A stretch of 64,000 bases of DNA, from contig OZ245033.1 in the NCBI GenBank assembly GCA_965224025.1, forward strand, positions 1,280,001 to 1,344,000, given 5' to 3'. Of this stretch, positions 42,794-53,348 are shown one piece after another. Source of the DNA: Candidatus Multivorans sp. (GTDB taxonomy: Bacteria > Acidobacteriota > Thermoanaerobaculia > Multivoradales > Multivoraceae). The notes under the pieces are model-generated. The model was not told the origin of the DNA. It did not search any database and was given only the letters and a program-made list of their open reading frames with translations. Each line of letters begins with the position of its first letter. The stretch's first letter is position 1. A program made the position numbers and the translations under genes.

Positions 42794-45700
42794 CTGTGGC
42801 GCGGCGTATCCGTCATCAGGCGCTGGAGGCGGTTCCGGAAGGCGCCGGCGGCGCGAGTCTCCCGGAGAGCAGCCTGAACGATCGGCAACGGGCCGCTCTG
42901 CTGCTCCAGGGCGCCGCGTTGCTGGCCCATCTGCGAACCGCCGGCTGGCGGTTGCAGTCGTGGAGAGGACTTGTCGTCGATGCGCGGGGCGTGCTCCGGA
43001 TCGGGCCGGACATGGTGTCGGCGGGGCGAGACGGACGGTCGCCCCAGGCCGTACTGAGACGGTTCGCCTCGTTGTTGTTCGAGAGTGAGGAGATGGTCGG
43101 CCGGAGCTCCGTGCGGGCGGCGCTTCGCCCCGTGGTCGCGGGTTGGCGCGACCTCCTTCTGCCCTTGCCCGCGGATCGGCTGGTCGCGGACATCCTGGAT
43201 CACGCCCCCTTTCTGTGGGAAGGCGAGTACCGGGCCGCGAGGGTGTCCCTATTCGCCGTACACGAACGCGAAGAAGGCGAAGAGGTGGTGGTCGTTGGTC
43301 ATTCCCGGTGGCGGCGCTCGCTGCTGCGGGCCGCCGGCCCCGACCCGGAACGGCTCTCGACCGTTACGGAACGGCTTTCCGCCGTCACGGAACGCCTCTC
43401 CACCCTTCTCCGCAGCGACGAGGCTCTGGAGCACTGGCTTGGCGACAACGCTTCGGGTGGGCCGATCGACTGGATTGCTCGGGGTGATTGGCGACGTGCG
43501 GTGGGCGAGTCCCTGCGAGAGCCGCCCGCCGAGCCGAGGGAGCGGAGCGCGGTGGCGCGGGCACTCCTCGACAGCGGCCGGTTCGAGGCCGCCCTGGCGC
43601 TGGTCGAGCGTTCCCGCCGAACCGAAGACATCCTGATCCGTCTCAAGGGTCTGGTGAGGATGGGCCGGATGGCGGCTGCGCGCCGCACTCTCACCGTGCT
43701 CGAGAAGCGCCGTCTCGGCGGCGCGGCGAAGCTCGAAGAGTGCGAGGAGGCGATCAGGATCCATGCGGCTGCGGGCCGCTCGGCTCAGCTCAGAGCCTGG
43801 GCGGAGCGGGCCCTCGAAGCCGCGGTCGGTCCGCTTGCCGGTCGGGGACGTGCTCTCGCAGTCCTGGCGATGCGCGAGGTCGGCGCGACCGGCGAAATGG
43901 CTTCTCTGCTCGACCCGGCCTCGATACTCAACCCGGAAGGGGAACCCGAAGACTGGATGTCGTGCCTGGCATGGGCCCGTCTCGCGGTGGACCGCGGCCG
44001 CTTCACAGAGGCCGACCAGGCTCTGGCGACGGCGCTGAGGCAGTTCCGGAGACGCCTTCCGATCTACGACCGCGCCAGCCTTTGGAACGAGTTGGCGACG
44101 CTTCGACTCTCAGTGGACGATTGCGCTGGCGCCGAGCGGGCGGCGCGCGTCTCCGTCAGGCTCTTCCGGTGTTGCGATGGACCCGCGGGAAGGACTGCGG
44201 CGCATGGCAATCTCGCGGAGGCTCGGATTCGTACCGGCCGCCTGGCCGGCATCCGCGGGACGATCGACAGCCTGCGCCGCGAGAGCCTGATGGCCGGAAG
44301 CGCCGCGGGGATCGTGGAAGCGCGGCAACTCGAAGCGCGTCTGGACCTGGCGCAGGGTCGGTGGAGCTCGGCCCTGGAATCCTGCAGGTCCGCCGTGGAC
44401 GAGTTGCGGAAACGGCACTTGCGAGGGGACCGGCTGCGGGCCCTCCGCCTGCTGGCGGCCCGCGCCCTGGTTCACCTCGGTCGCCGCGAGGAGGCGAGAG
44501 AGGAACTCTTGGCAGTGCTCCCGTTGCGGGTCGCAGACCCCTCGGCCCGCGTGCAGGCTGGAAGCGACGTTCTGCCCGCTGTCTTTCTTCTTGCCGGGCT
44601 TAGGGAGGAGGCGCTTGCCGTTGGGGCGGGCGCCGCCTGTGCCGGGCTGTGGGAGGCGGTCAGCGAGAACCGGGCCCCGAGCAGCGCGGATTGGCGGCGG
44701 CTCAAAGAGCATGGGGCCTACCGCTCCGCACTGACGATTCACGATCTGGTCTGCCTTGGAGTCGAGACAGTGCCGGCCGGGTTGCTCGAATCGGCAGTGC
44801 GGACCCTGTCCGAAGTGGGCGCCGAGGCGCCTGCGCAGCGCGTGGACGGCGCCCGGCTGGGCCCTTGGAGAGCTCTTCGCGCCTTCCTGGACGCGGAAGA
44901 GTTCGACTCGAGCACGTTTCATTCGTTGCTGTCATCCGCCGGTCACCCCGAGGCGCGCATCGCGGTCCACGAGTCTCTCGACGTGGGAGGGCAGGAAGAG
45001 CCCAAGGAAGTCCTGTTGGAAGGACCCGGCGGCTCTGAGCAGTTCTCGGTCGGCGTGCCCGCCGGCAGACTGGTACTCAGTGCGGACGGTATCGAGGAGC
45101 CGGCGCGGACCCTGTTGACCGTGATCGCGGGTCGAGCGCCTGCGGCGTCCCATCGTCGCCGTCACTTGCTGGAGTTGGCTGAGGCGAGAGAGTCGACCAC
45201 ATCGGGCATGGTAGGTCGGAGCGAGGCGCTGATCGAGGCCCAGGAGCGCGTCAAGAAGCTGGCGCTACACGACCTGCCGGTGTTGATTCTGGGCGAGTCG
45301 GGTACGGGCAAGGAACTGCTGGCGCGGCAGCTTCATGATTCGAGCGCACGCGCCTCGGGGCCTTGGCTGGCCGTGAACTGCGCCGCTCTTCCCGAGGGTC
45401 TCCTCCTGTCGGATCTGTTCGGTCATCGTCGAGGTTCGTTCACCGGCGCCGACCGCGACCGGATCGGTGTGTTCGAGAGCGGTGAAGGCGGCACGGTCTT
45501 TCTCGATGAGATTGCGGAACTGCCACGGGCAGCGCAGGGAATGCTCCTGCGCATCCTGCAGGAAGGCGAGATGCGACGGGTCGGCGAGAGCCATTCGCGT
45601 CGTTTGGATTTTCGTCTCGTTTCGGCAACCCATCGCGATCTTTCGGCCATGGTTGCGGCCGGCGAGTTTAGAGAGGATCTCTACTACCGGCTTCGGGTGG

Positions 45701-46125
45701 CGAATGTCGAAGCGCCGGCACTGCGGGATCGCGATGACGACGTGATGTTGCTGGCGCGCCATTTTCTCCGGATGTTCTCGGGTGACCGGGAAAGTCTGCG
45801 ATTCAGCGAGCACGCCCGTAGAGGGATTCTCGAGTATCCGTGGCCCGGGAATGTCAGAGAGCTTAGAAACGCGATCGAGAGCGCGGCGGCGCTCGCCGAA
45901 GGCCCGGAGATTTCGGTTGAGATGCTGGGACTTCCGAATGAGCCACGGCGTCCATCCCAGGCGGAGGGGGCCAGCTATCACCGGAAGCTCGAACAGTACC
46001 GGCGCGGTTTGATCCGCAAGGCGCTTGCGGAGGCTGGTGGGAATCAGGCGCGTGCAGCGCGCTCTCTCGGTCTGAGTCGACAGGCGCTGTCCTACCTGGT
46101 GAGAAAACTGAACTACGCTCCCTGA
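42790..46125 (+). CDS. sigma54-dependent enhancer-binding protein with a large N-terminal TPR-like region
   Basis: GESGTGKE, FGHRRGSFTGA, FLDEI, FREDLYYRL, WPGNVREL, C-terminal Fis HTH; about 800 aa helical N-terminus. Confidence 0.93.
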   Translation: MTVARRIRHQALEAVPEGAGGASLPESSLNDRQRAALLLQGAALLAHLRTAGWRLQSWRGLVVDARGVLRIGPDMVSAGRDGRSPQAVLRRFASLLFESEEMVGRSSVRAALRPVVAGWRDLLLPLPADRLVADILDHAPFLWEGEYRAARVSLFAVHEREEGEEVVVVGHSRWRRSLLRAAGPDPERLSTVTERLSAVTERLSTLLRSDEALEHWLGDNASGGPIDWIARGDWRRAVGESLREPPAEPRERSAVARALLDSGRFEAALALVERSRRTEDILIRLKGLVRMGRMAAARRTLTVLEKRRLGGAAKLEECEEAIRIHAAAGRSAQLRAWAERALEAAVGPLAGRGRALAVLAMREVGATGEMASLLDPASILNPEGEPEDWMSCLAWARLAVDRGRFTEADQALATALRQFRRRLPIYDRASLWNELATLRLSVDDCAGAERAARVSVRLFRCCDGPAGRTAAHGNLAEARIRTGRLAGIRGTIDSLRRESLMAGSAAGIVEARQLEARLDLAQGRWSSALESCRSAVDELRKRHLRGDRLRALRLLAARALVHLGRREEAREELLAVLPLRVADPSARVQAGSDVLPAVFLLAGLREEALAVGAGAACAGLWEAVSENRAPSSADWRRLKEHGAYRSALTIHDLVCLGVETVPAGLLESAVRTLSEVGAEAPAQRVDGARLGPWRALRAFLDAEEFDSSTFHSLLSSAGHPEARIAVHESLDVGGQEEPKEVLLEGPGGSEQFSVGVPAGRLVLSADGIEEPARTLLTVIAGRAPAASHRRRHLLELAEARESTTSGMVGRSEALIEAQERVKKLALHDLPVLILGESGTGKELLARQLHDSSARASGPWLAVNCAALPEGLLLSDLFGHRRGSFTGADRDRIGVFESGEGGTVFLDEIAELPRAAQGMLLRILQEGEMRRVGESHSRRLDFRLVSATHRDLSAMVAAGEFREDLYYRLRVANVEAPALRDRDDDVMLLARHFLRMFSGDRESLRFSEHARRGILEYPWPGNVRELRNAIESAAALAEGPEISVEMLGLPNEPRRPSQAEGASYHRKLEQYRRGLIRKALAEAGGNQARAARSLGLSRQALSYLVRKLNYAP

Positions 46126-46181
46126 CCTGACACTGGTTTCCGCGCTCGGTTCCCAGGGCCGTTGCTGTCCACGACGGGGCC

Positions 46182-46198
46182 TTGGCGTGCTTTCTGCT
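46182..46198 (+). promoter_or_regulatory. Putative sigma54 (-24/-12) promoter
   Basis: TTGGCGTGCTTTCTGCT: GG at 46184-46185 and GC at 46196-46197 separated by exactly 10 nt. Confidence 0.6.
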
Positions 46199-46277
46199 AT
46201 GATCCAGAGATGGCGCCCGCTGTTCCCATAGAGGGGATAGGGGACACGGAACAAAGTCGATGAAGGGGAGTACCGCA

Positions 46278-47219
46278 GTGAGTGCAGCGGCTGCTGGAAG
46301 AAAGAACTTGTTGACGTTGGGTGAGATTGCTCGCCGTACGAGAATTTCGATGGCCACGGCGCAGCGCTACAAGAAGCTGTACCAGGATCGAATCCCGTCG
46401 GAGGGAGAGGGACGCAAGCAGCGGTACCCGGTTGCCGCCGTCAAGGTGTTCAACGCGTTGAAGAAGGAACGGGCCTCAAAGCGCCGGGGCGGGGGTCGCA
46501 AACTGAGTCCCAAGAAGCCGGCGAGGGCTGCTGCTAGCGGCGCGGCGCTCCTGACGCTTTCGAGTATCGGCGAGCAGACGGGCATCTCCTATCCGACCCT
46601 GCAGCGGTACGTAAAGCTGTTCGGTGATCGGATTCCGCATGAAGGCGTTGGTCGCAAGCGTCGCTACCATCCGGACTCAGTCGCCGTCTTCCGGCAGCTT
46701 CGCGCCGAGAGTAAGCCGGGGCGGAAAGCCAAGGCAAAGGCCGCCGCCGCGGTTTCCGAGGCCCCGGCAAGAAAGAAGCGGAAGGCGCGCGCCAAAGCCG
46801 CTCCTCGGAGCGCTCCTGGTCCGAAGCTGCTGACCTTGACCGCGATCGGCCACCAGACGGGGATCTCCAGCCCGACTCTGCAGCGCTATGTGAAGTTGCA
46901 CGGTGACCGGATTCCGCACGAGGGCGTCGGCCGCAAGCGGCGCTACCACCCGGAGGCGGTGGCGGTCTTCCGTGAGATCCGGTCTCAGAGCAAGCGGGGC
47001 CGGAAACCGAAGGCGAAGGTCGAGGCGGTGGCGCCCCGGAAGGCGGCGCCTCCCGCAAGGAAGCGGAAGGTGCGGGTCGCCAAGGTTCGAAGGAAGGTCG
47101 CTTCCGCTGCGGATCAGGGCGGCGTCGAGGCTCGCCTGGCCGCGCTCGAGGTCCAGGTCAGTCAGGTGCTGAAGAAGCTGGAGCAACCGATCACGATCAC
47201 GCTTAGGGCTGACCGTTAG
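46278..47219 (+). CDS. Protein with three tandem MerR-like HTH domains, Lys/Ala-rich linkers and a C-terminal coiled coil
   Basis: LLTL..I...T.IS..T.QRY.KL..DRIP.EG.GRK.RY repeats starting at 46308, 46548 and 46827; GGGGAG RBS before the GTG. Confidence 0.85.
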   Translation: MSAAAAGRKNLLTLGEIARRTRISMATAQRYKKLYQDRIPSEGEGRKQRYPVAAVKVFNALKKERASKRRGGGRKLSPKKPARAAASGAALLTLSSIGEQTGISYPTLQRYVKLFGDRIPHEGVGRKRRYHPDSVAVFRQLRAESKPGRKAKAKAAAAVSEAPARKKRKARAKAAPRSAPGPKLLTLTAIGHQTGISSPTLQRYVKLHGDRIPHEGVGRKRRYHPEAVAVFREIRSQSKRGRKPKAKVEAVAPRKAAPPARKRKVRVAKVRRKVASAADQGGVEARLAALEVQVSQVLKKLEQPITITLRADR

Positions 47220-47360
47220 AGCCGCCAAACCCGTCGCAGACTCTGGCCAGTTCGGGTCACGGCGCCCCCGGGGCCAGTGACTCCAGGACAAGGCGCCTTT
47301 GCGGCAGTAGCGCCGCCGAGTCCCATTGCAGACTCCGTGTCTGGCCCCAGCCCCCACCTC
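47217..47360 (+). repeat. Dispersed intergenic repeat, copy 2
   Basis: Same two blocks as 12516-12581, separated by 98 nt instead of 20 nt. Confidence 0.8.
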
Positions 47361-48064
47361 CTCTGCGGTCCGCAAGCTGGCCCAGGAGGGCCACCTGCAA
47401 CTGTCGCTCTTCGACCAGCGGAACATGGCCGAGATCAGCGTCCCCGACGCAAGCTGGAAGCCGTCGTGGACGCAACCAGGCGCGAACGGCGCCCCTTGAA
47501 GGGCAAGAAGGAGATCGCCGTGGGCGCCGACCGGGCGCGGCGCGCCCACAAGGTCGGCAAGCACTTCGACATCGAGGTCGAAGAGGGCAGCTTCCGCTAT
47601 TCCCGCAACCAGCAGCGCATCGCCGACGAAGCCGCTCTCGACGGCTTCTACGTCATCCGCGCCAACGTCTCCGAAGCCGACCTGACCGACGACGAAGCGG
47701 TCCGCTCATACAAGAGCCTCAGCCGCGTCGAACGCGCCTTCCGCAGCTTCAAGAGCGTCGACCTCAAGGTCCGGCCAGTCCACCACCGCCTCGCCGGACG
47801 CGTCAAGGCACACGTCCTTCTGTGCATGCTCGCCTCGAATGGCACATGCGACGGCTGCTCGCGCCGCTCCTCTTCGACGAGAACGCGACTCGCCCGTGCA
47901 ACCCGCCCGACGCTCACGAGAAGCCCGAGCCAAGGCCGGCCACAGGCGAACTCCCGACGGACCGCCCGTACAGAGCTTCCAGACCCTGCTCGCCGATCTC
48001 GCCACACTCACCAGGAACCGAGTCAGAACCCGAAACGCCGACCAAGCCACTGCCGACGTCCTCG

Positions 48065-49480
48065 CTAGACCGAAGTTCTGAGCTTCAAGTCGTGAAATCG
48101 CCTGTAGTGGTGGGCGTTTTCAGTTGTTCGGCGGTGTTTTGTACTGGGTACGTCGGTTTCAGGGGCGGATGCCGAGTAGTTTGAAGGCTTCGTTCTGGAG
48201 TGGAGTGGGCCGTGCGCGCACGGCGATGGCGTCCTTGCCGCGCAGGGGGTTCTTCTTGCGCCGCGTCGCCGCAACGACGGCGTCGAGCTTGCGCTCGGTG
48301 GATTCGAGAAGCTCCTGGCGCTTGCGGCCGCGTTCCTCCGCCAGAAGCGGGTTCCGGCACACCACGAGGCGCTCCTTCGGGTACAACTCCGGGACCCTGA
48401 TCTCGGCCATCTTCCGCTGGTCGAAGAGCGACAGTTGCAGGTGGCCTTCCTGGGCCAGCGTCCTGATCGCCGGCGCGCGCAGGGCGCTGATCCAGGACAG
48501 GCCCGCGGGGTCGAGGTCCTCGCGGATGCGCGCGTCGGTGATCAGGCCCCGGTCTGAGACCATCACGATCCTCTCCAGCGAGAAGCGGTCGCGGAGCTTC
48601 TGCACCTGGGCGTTCAGGGTCGTCGGATCGGCCGTGTTGCCCTCGAATACCTCGACCGCGACCGGGCATCCGTCCCGGCTGCAGAGCAGGCCGAAGACGA
48701 TCTGGACCTTGCCTCTCTTCTTGTCCCTGGAGTAGCCGTGCCTGGCCAGCGTGCGCTTCCTGCCCTCAAAGTAGACCGAGGTCACGTCGCAGAGCACCAG
48801 CGAGCCGTCTTCCAGATGCCGCCGGGCAAGAGTCCGCTCGATGCGCGGCTGTCTTTCGAGCAGCCAGTCCATGGCGCCGTAGAGTTCGTCGGCCGAGGCC
48901 TCCTGCACGCCGAGTTCCTCGCCGAGGGTGTGGCTCATGGTCTCGCTTGCGAGTCCGCGGGCGGTGGCGAGCTTGGATCGCGGCTCGAGGATGCGGGCCG
49001 CGATCATGGCCAGCGCCAGCGCCCGCTCGCGCGAGGGCCGTCGATCGAGGAGCCGTTCGAGGCCGAGGCTTCGGGCCGCGCCGAGGACGGCGGCGACGTG
49101 GCCGTGCGGTCTGGCGCGCAGGATCTCGAAGGCTGCCTCGAGCGAAGGCAGGGCGACTCCTCTCTTGAGCAGGGTTCTGAGTCCTTCGACGAGTTGGTCG
49201 GGCCACTTGGAGAGGTTGGCGAGAGTGCGTTTCTTGACCTTTCCGTCCTGTCGGTAGGACTCTCTCAGCAGGACGGCTGGTGGTGAGTTTCGGTTGGGTA
49301 CCCGTTCGATGTACATGGCTTCTCATTGTAGACGAAACCATTCAGAATGTCTACATGCCACGAGATCATTACATGGCTACGAATGGCGGAAAACAGGGGC
49401 GGCCCAACACCCGAAAACCCAAGCACTGCAACGCCTCTCGACGACGAGGAGGCCCCAGGAGCCTCAGAACTTCGGGCTAG
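48065..49480 (-). mobile_element. IS1634-family element, internally deleted, both ends intact
   Basis: IRs CTAG(A/C)CCGAAGTTCTGAG at both ends; inserted at CTAG. Confidence 0.9.
48159..49316 (-). pseudogene. IS1634 transposase with an in-frame internal deletion
   Basis: MYIERVPNRNSPPAVLLRES, DVTSVYFEG, GYSRD, VSDRG; jumps from AIAVRA to RPTPLQ, lacking the YK.L..VE.AFR segment. Confidence 0.88.
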
Positions 49481-49629
49481 ACCGAAGCCCCTGCAAGAAA
49501 GGGCCCTGAAACTACTCGGAGTCCGACCTGAACCTCAGCAGTACCCTGTAGACGACAACACCGAGACGACCAAAACCCCGCCGTTGCTGGAGATTCCACG
49601 CTTTGACCTCTGGAACTTCGGACTAGCCG

Positions 49630-50619
49630 TCAGGCCAGATGGTCCCAGCCCTCCGGGGACAGGGGTTCGAGGGTTCCGTCGCTTCGCAACAGGCTCATGC
49701 CGGGTTGGCCGGTGATGCGGCCGATTCGTCGGCATCCGGGATGGTTGAAGTTCGTCTTGGGTGGCAGCGTGAACAGGAGTACGTAGTCCTCGCCTCCGCC
49801 CAGGATCAGGTCGCGTGGATCGAGACCCAGGTAGCCGGCCAGATGTCGGGCGTCCGGGCGGAGGGCGATGGCCTCCTCGTGGAGTACGCAGCCGGCGCCG
49901 CTGGCGCGGCAGAGGCGCCCGGCGTCGACCGCCAGACCGTCTGAGATGTCGATAGCCGCTCCCGGTGGGCATCGCTTCCCGAGAATCAGTCCGAGTTCGA
50001 GTTGCGGTCGAGGTTCGAGGTGACGGCGCACGACCCGGCTCGCGGCGCGTGCCAGCTCAGGCGGCAGCTCGTCGGGCAGCCTCGGTTTCCGCTCGACGAT
50101 CCGGGCGCCCGACCGGACCAGCTCAAGTCCCAGCGCGGACTCGCCGACCGCACCGCCGAGCCAGAGGTCGTCGCCTTGACGGGCGGCGCTGCGAGCCAGT
50201 GGAAAGCTGCCCGCCGTTACTTCACCGATCACGGTCAGGCCGGCGTCGAGGTGGCCTGGCGCCCCACAGCGGGCGGTATCGCCGCCGATCAGCTCGATTC
50301 CGTAGTAGCGGCTGCGTCGAACCAGAGCGGCCAGGAAGCGTCGCGCGGTCTTCTCGTCGTCGACGGCAAGCGCCAAGAGGGCCCAGCGCGGTTCGGCGCC
50401 GGTGGCGGCGAGGTCGGAGAGGCTGACCGCAAGCAGCCGCCGCGCGGCGGCCGCCGGATCGAGATCGATTGGAATGTGGACGTTCGCACGCTGGGTATCG
50501 ACGCTGAATGCGAGGTACCGGCCGCCGAACTCCAGCAGGGCCGCGTCGTCGCCGATCCGATCTCTCGAACTCGCGAGGTTCGCGAGCCAGGCGGTCAGCC
50601 GGTCTTCGCCGCCGGCCAT
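49630..50619 (-). CDS. thiL: Thiamine-monophosphate kinase
   Basis: IGDDAA, SLSDLAATGA, IGGDT, IDISDGL, GGEDYVLLFT. Confidence 0.95.
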   Translation of the reverse strand: MAGGEDRLTAWLANLASSRDRIGDDAALLEFGGRYLAFSVDTQRANVHIPIDLDPAAAARRLLAVSLSDLAATGAEPRWALLALAVDDEKTARRFLAALVRRSRYYGIELIGGDTARCGAPGHLDAGLTVIGEVTAGSFPLARSAARQGDDLWLGGAVGESALGLELVRSGARIVERKPRLPDELPPELARAASRVVRRHLEPRPQLELGLILGKRCPPGAAIDISDGLAVDAGRLCRASGAGCVLHEEAIALRPDARHLAGYLGLDPRDLILGGGEDYVLLFTLPPKTNFNHPGCRRIGRITGQPGMSLLRSDGTLEPLSPEGWDHLA

Positions 50620-52991
50620 GACTGCGAATGCTCCGGGTCGAGCAGCGCGGCCGCGAGAACCTGATCGAAGTGGTCGACGAAGACCAGTTCGAGGCCGCGG
50701 GTCACCGCCGGCGGGATCTCCGGCAAGTCTCGCCGGTTCCTTTCGGGCAGGATCACCTTGCCAATACCCGCTCCGCGCGCGGCCAACAGCTTCTCCTTCA
50801 GACCGCCAACCGGAAGGACCTCGCCTCTCAGCGTGATCTCACCCGTCATCGCGATCTTGTGATCGATGGGTCGGGCGCTCTGGACGGAAACGATTGCGGC
50901 GGCAATCGTGATGCCGGCGGATGGACCGTCCTTTGGAACCGATCCCGCAGGGACGTGAATGTGCAGATCGTGGCGACGCAAGAACTCGGAGTCCGAGGCG
51001 GTTGGGCCCTCGGTACTCGCGGCTCGGGCGCAACTCAGTGCGGCTTGCGCCGACTCCTTCATCACTTCGCCCAGTTGACCGGTGAGGATCAGCTTGCCCT
51101 TGCCTCGGGAGGCCGCTACTTCGATCAGCAGGAGATCGCCTCCGGCGGCGGTCCAGGCGAGCCCGGTCGCGACACCGATCCGGTCGCGGTCGAGAAGTTC
51201 CTCGCTGAAGTGCCGTGGCTGCCCCAGCAGACCCTTCAACCGGGCGGGGGTTACCCGCAACTTGCGGTCGTCTCCGCGCGCAACGCGTACGGCGGCTTTG
51301 CGGCACAGGGTTGCGAACTCCCGCTCGAGATTGCGCACGCCCGCTTCCTTCGTGTATCCGCGGATCAGACCGCGCAATGCGGCGGAGCTGATTTCGAGAG
51401 CTCCTTCCGGCAGACCATTGTCCGCGGTCGCCTTGGGAATCAGGTGGCGGCGTGCGATCAGCACCTTTTCGTCCTCCGTGTAACCGGAGAGACGAAGCAC
51501 TTCGAGTCGATCGAGGAACGCCGGCTGAATGGGTTCGAGCAGGTTCCCGGTGGCAATGAAGAGCACTCGCGACAGGTCGTACTCGACACCCAGATAGTGG
51601 TCCCTGAACGTGGAGTTCTGTTCCGGATCCAGCACTTCGAGCAAGGCTGCCGCGGGGTCGCCGCGGTAGTCGGCGCGAAGCTTGTCGATCTCATCCAGCA
51701 TGAAGACCGGGTTGCTGGTTCCGGCCTGGTTCAGTCCCTGAATAATGCGCCCCGGCAGAGAACCGACGTAGGTGCGCCGGTGGCCCCGGATCTCTCCCTC
51801 GTCGCGGACGCCGCCCAGGGAGATGCGCACGAACTTGCGGTCGATCGCGCGCGCGATGGAACGACCGAGCGAGGTCTTTCCGACGCCTGGGGGGCCGACC
51901 AGGCAGAGGATCGGCCCCTTGGCGTCAGGTTTGAGGCGCCTCACGGCCAGGTACTCGAGTATCCGCTCCTTGATCCGGTCGAGATCGTAGTGGTCTTCGT
52001 CGAGCACGGTGCGGGCGCGGTCGAGGTCGATCCGGTCCTTGCTCACGGTCGACCACGGCAGTCCCGTCAACCAGTCCAGATGGCCCCGGATGGTCGCGTT
52101 CTCGGCGCTGTCGGGAGAACTCCGCTCCAGCCTTCGGACCTGGCGCTCGACCTCGGCGGCCGCCTCCTCGGTCAAGCCACGCTCCTCGACCGCGCGCAGG
52201 TAGCGGTCGATGTCACCGTGGAGGTCATCGCCCTCTCCGAGTTCGTCCAGGATGGCTCGCAGTTGCTGGCGCAGGAAGTACTCGCGCTGGCTCCGGTCCA
52301 TCTCGCTCTTGGCCTGCGCCGAGATGCGCTGCTGCATGCTGAGCAGTTCGATCTCGCGCGCCAGCAGGTCCCCGACCCGTCGCAGCCGCTGGATTGGTCG
52401 GATCGTTTCCAGCACGCTCTGGGCCTCCTCCGGCTTGAGGCCCAGGTTGCTCGCGGCGAGATCGGCCAGCCGACCGGGGTGATCCAGATTGGCCGCGATC
52501 ACCATGACCTCGGAAGAGATGTCCTTGCCCAGGTTGACCGCGGTCTCCAGACCTTCCTTGACGCTGCGGACCAGGGCTTGCGCCTCGAGTTGGTTCCGAT
52601 CTTCCTGGCTTTCGTCTACTTCGACCACACGGGCGCGAAGAAAGGGTTCGGTCTGGCTCAGATGCCTCAGTCGCGCCCGCGCCAAGCCCTGGATCAGGAT
52701 CCGGACCCGACCGTCAGGCAACTTCAGCATCCGCATGATCAACGCGGCGGTTCCGATCTCGTGGAGATCGTCCTGTCCGGGCTCTTCGATGGAACTGTCG
52801 CGTTGGGGCGCCAGCAGGATGATGCGGTCGTTGCTCAGCGCGTCCTCGACCGCGAGCATGCTGGGGTCGCGGCTGATCGAAAGCGGCAGGATGATGTAGG
52901 GAAAGATGACCGAGTCCTTGAGCGGCAGGACCGGCAGGACGTCGGGCAGGGAGATGGCGTCCGACTGCTCGCTATTCGGAGTCACGGCCAT
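50595..52991 (-). CDS. lon: ATP-dependent Lon protease
   Basis: [34 protein letters not shown]. Confidence 0.98.
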   Translation of the reverse strand: MAVTPNSEQSDAISLPDVLPVLPLKDSVIFPYIILPLSISRDPSMLAVEDALSNDRIILLAPQRDSSIEEPGQDDLHEIGTAALIMRMLKLPDGRVRILIQGLARARLRHLSQTEPFLRARVVEVDESQEDRNQLEAQALVRSVKEGLETAVNLGKDISSEVMVIAANLDHPGRLADLAASNLGLKPEEAQSVLETIRPIQRLRRVGDLLAREIELLSMQQRISAQAKSEMDRSQREYFLRQQLRAILDELGEGDDLHGDIDRYLRAVEERGLTEEAAAEVERQVRRLERSSPDSAENATIRGHLDWLTGLPWSTVSKDRIDLDRARTVLDEDHYDLDRIKERILEYLAVRRLKPDAKGPILCLVGPPGVGKTSLGRSIARAIDRKFVRISLGGVRDEGEIRGHRRTYVGSLPGRIIQGLNQAGTSNPVFMLDEIDKLRADYRGDPAAALLEVLDPEQNSTFRDHYLGVEYDLSRVLFIATGNLLEPIQPAFLDRLEVLRLSGYTEDEKVLIARRHLIPKATADNGLPEGALEISSAALRGLIRGYTKEAGVRNLEREFATLCRKAAVRVARGDDRKLRVTPARLKGLLGQPRHFSEELLDRDRIGVATGLAWTAAGGDLLLIEVAASRGKGKLILTGQLGEVMKESAQAALSCARAASTEGPTASDSEFLRRHDLHIHVPAGSVPKDGPSAGITIAAAIVSVQSARPIDHKIAMTGEITLRGEVLPVGGLKEKLLAARGAGIGKVILPERNRRDLPEIPPAVTRGLELVFVDHFDQVLAAALLDPEHSQSWPAAKTG

Positions 52992-53003
52992 GCGGCCACG
53001 CTA

Positions 53004-53333
53004 GCAGTCCGCGCCGCAAACGGCACAAGTGCCGTTCCAGGGCGGGGAGTGCTAGGGAGGTGGGATGGGCCAGGGAACCGAGCCGCAGGCGAGGGGTTCT
53101 GGGGCGGCAGTCCGCGCCGCAAACGGCACAAGTGCCGTTCCAGGGCGGGGAGTGCTAGGGAGGTGGGATGGGCCAGGGAACCGAGCCGCAGGCGAGGGGT
53201 TCTGGGGCGGCAGTCCGCGCCGCAAACGGCACAAGTGCCGTTCCAGGGCGGGGAGTGCTAGGGAGGTGGGATGGGCCAGGGAACCGAGCCGCAGGCGAGG
53301 GGTTCTGGGGCGGCAGTCCGCGCCGCAAACGGC
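53004..53333. repeat. Identical 103-bp tandem repeat (3 units plus 21 nt)
   Basis: Units start at 53004, 53107, 53210 and 53313; each has the palindrome AACGGCAC-AA-GTGCCGTT and a GAACC..GGTTC hairpin. Confidence 0.95.
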
Positions 53334-53348
53334 GCGGTCCGCGGAAGG

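Larger units (their letters stand above)
47365..49626 (+). mobile_element. Degraded IS1634-family element (5'-truncated, frameshifted) containing a nested second copy
   Basis: QLSLFDQ, DGFYVIR, YKSLSRVERAFR, HVLLCMLA fragments; C-terminus resumes at 49481 (ARPKPLQERALKLLG); right end GAACTTCGGACTAG. Confidence 0.85.

Noticed and set aside
43348-43410. Short ERLS(T/A)VT triplication in the sigma54 activator
   Set aside because: Ordinary 21-bp slippage duplication with no functional clue.
53004-53333. CRISPR array
   Set aside because: The units are fully identical with no unique spacers, and there are no cas genes.
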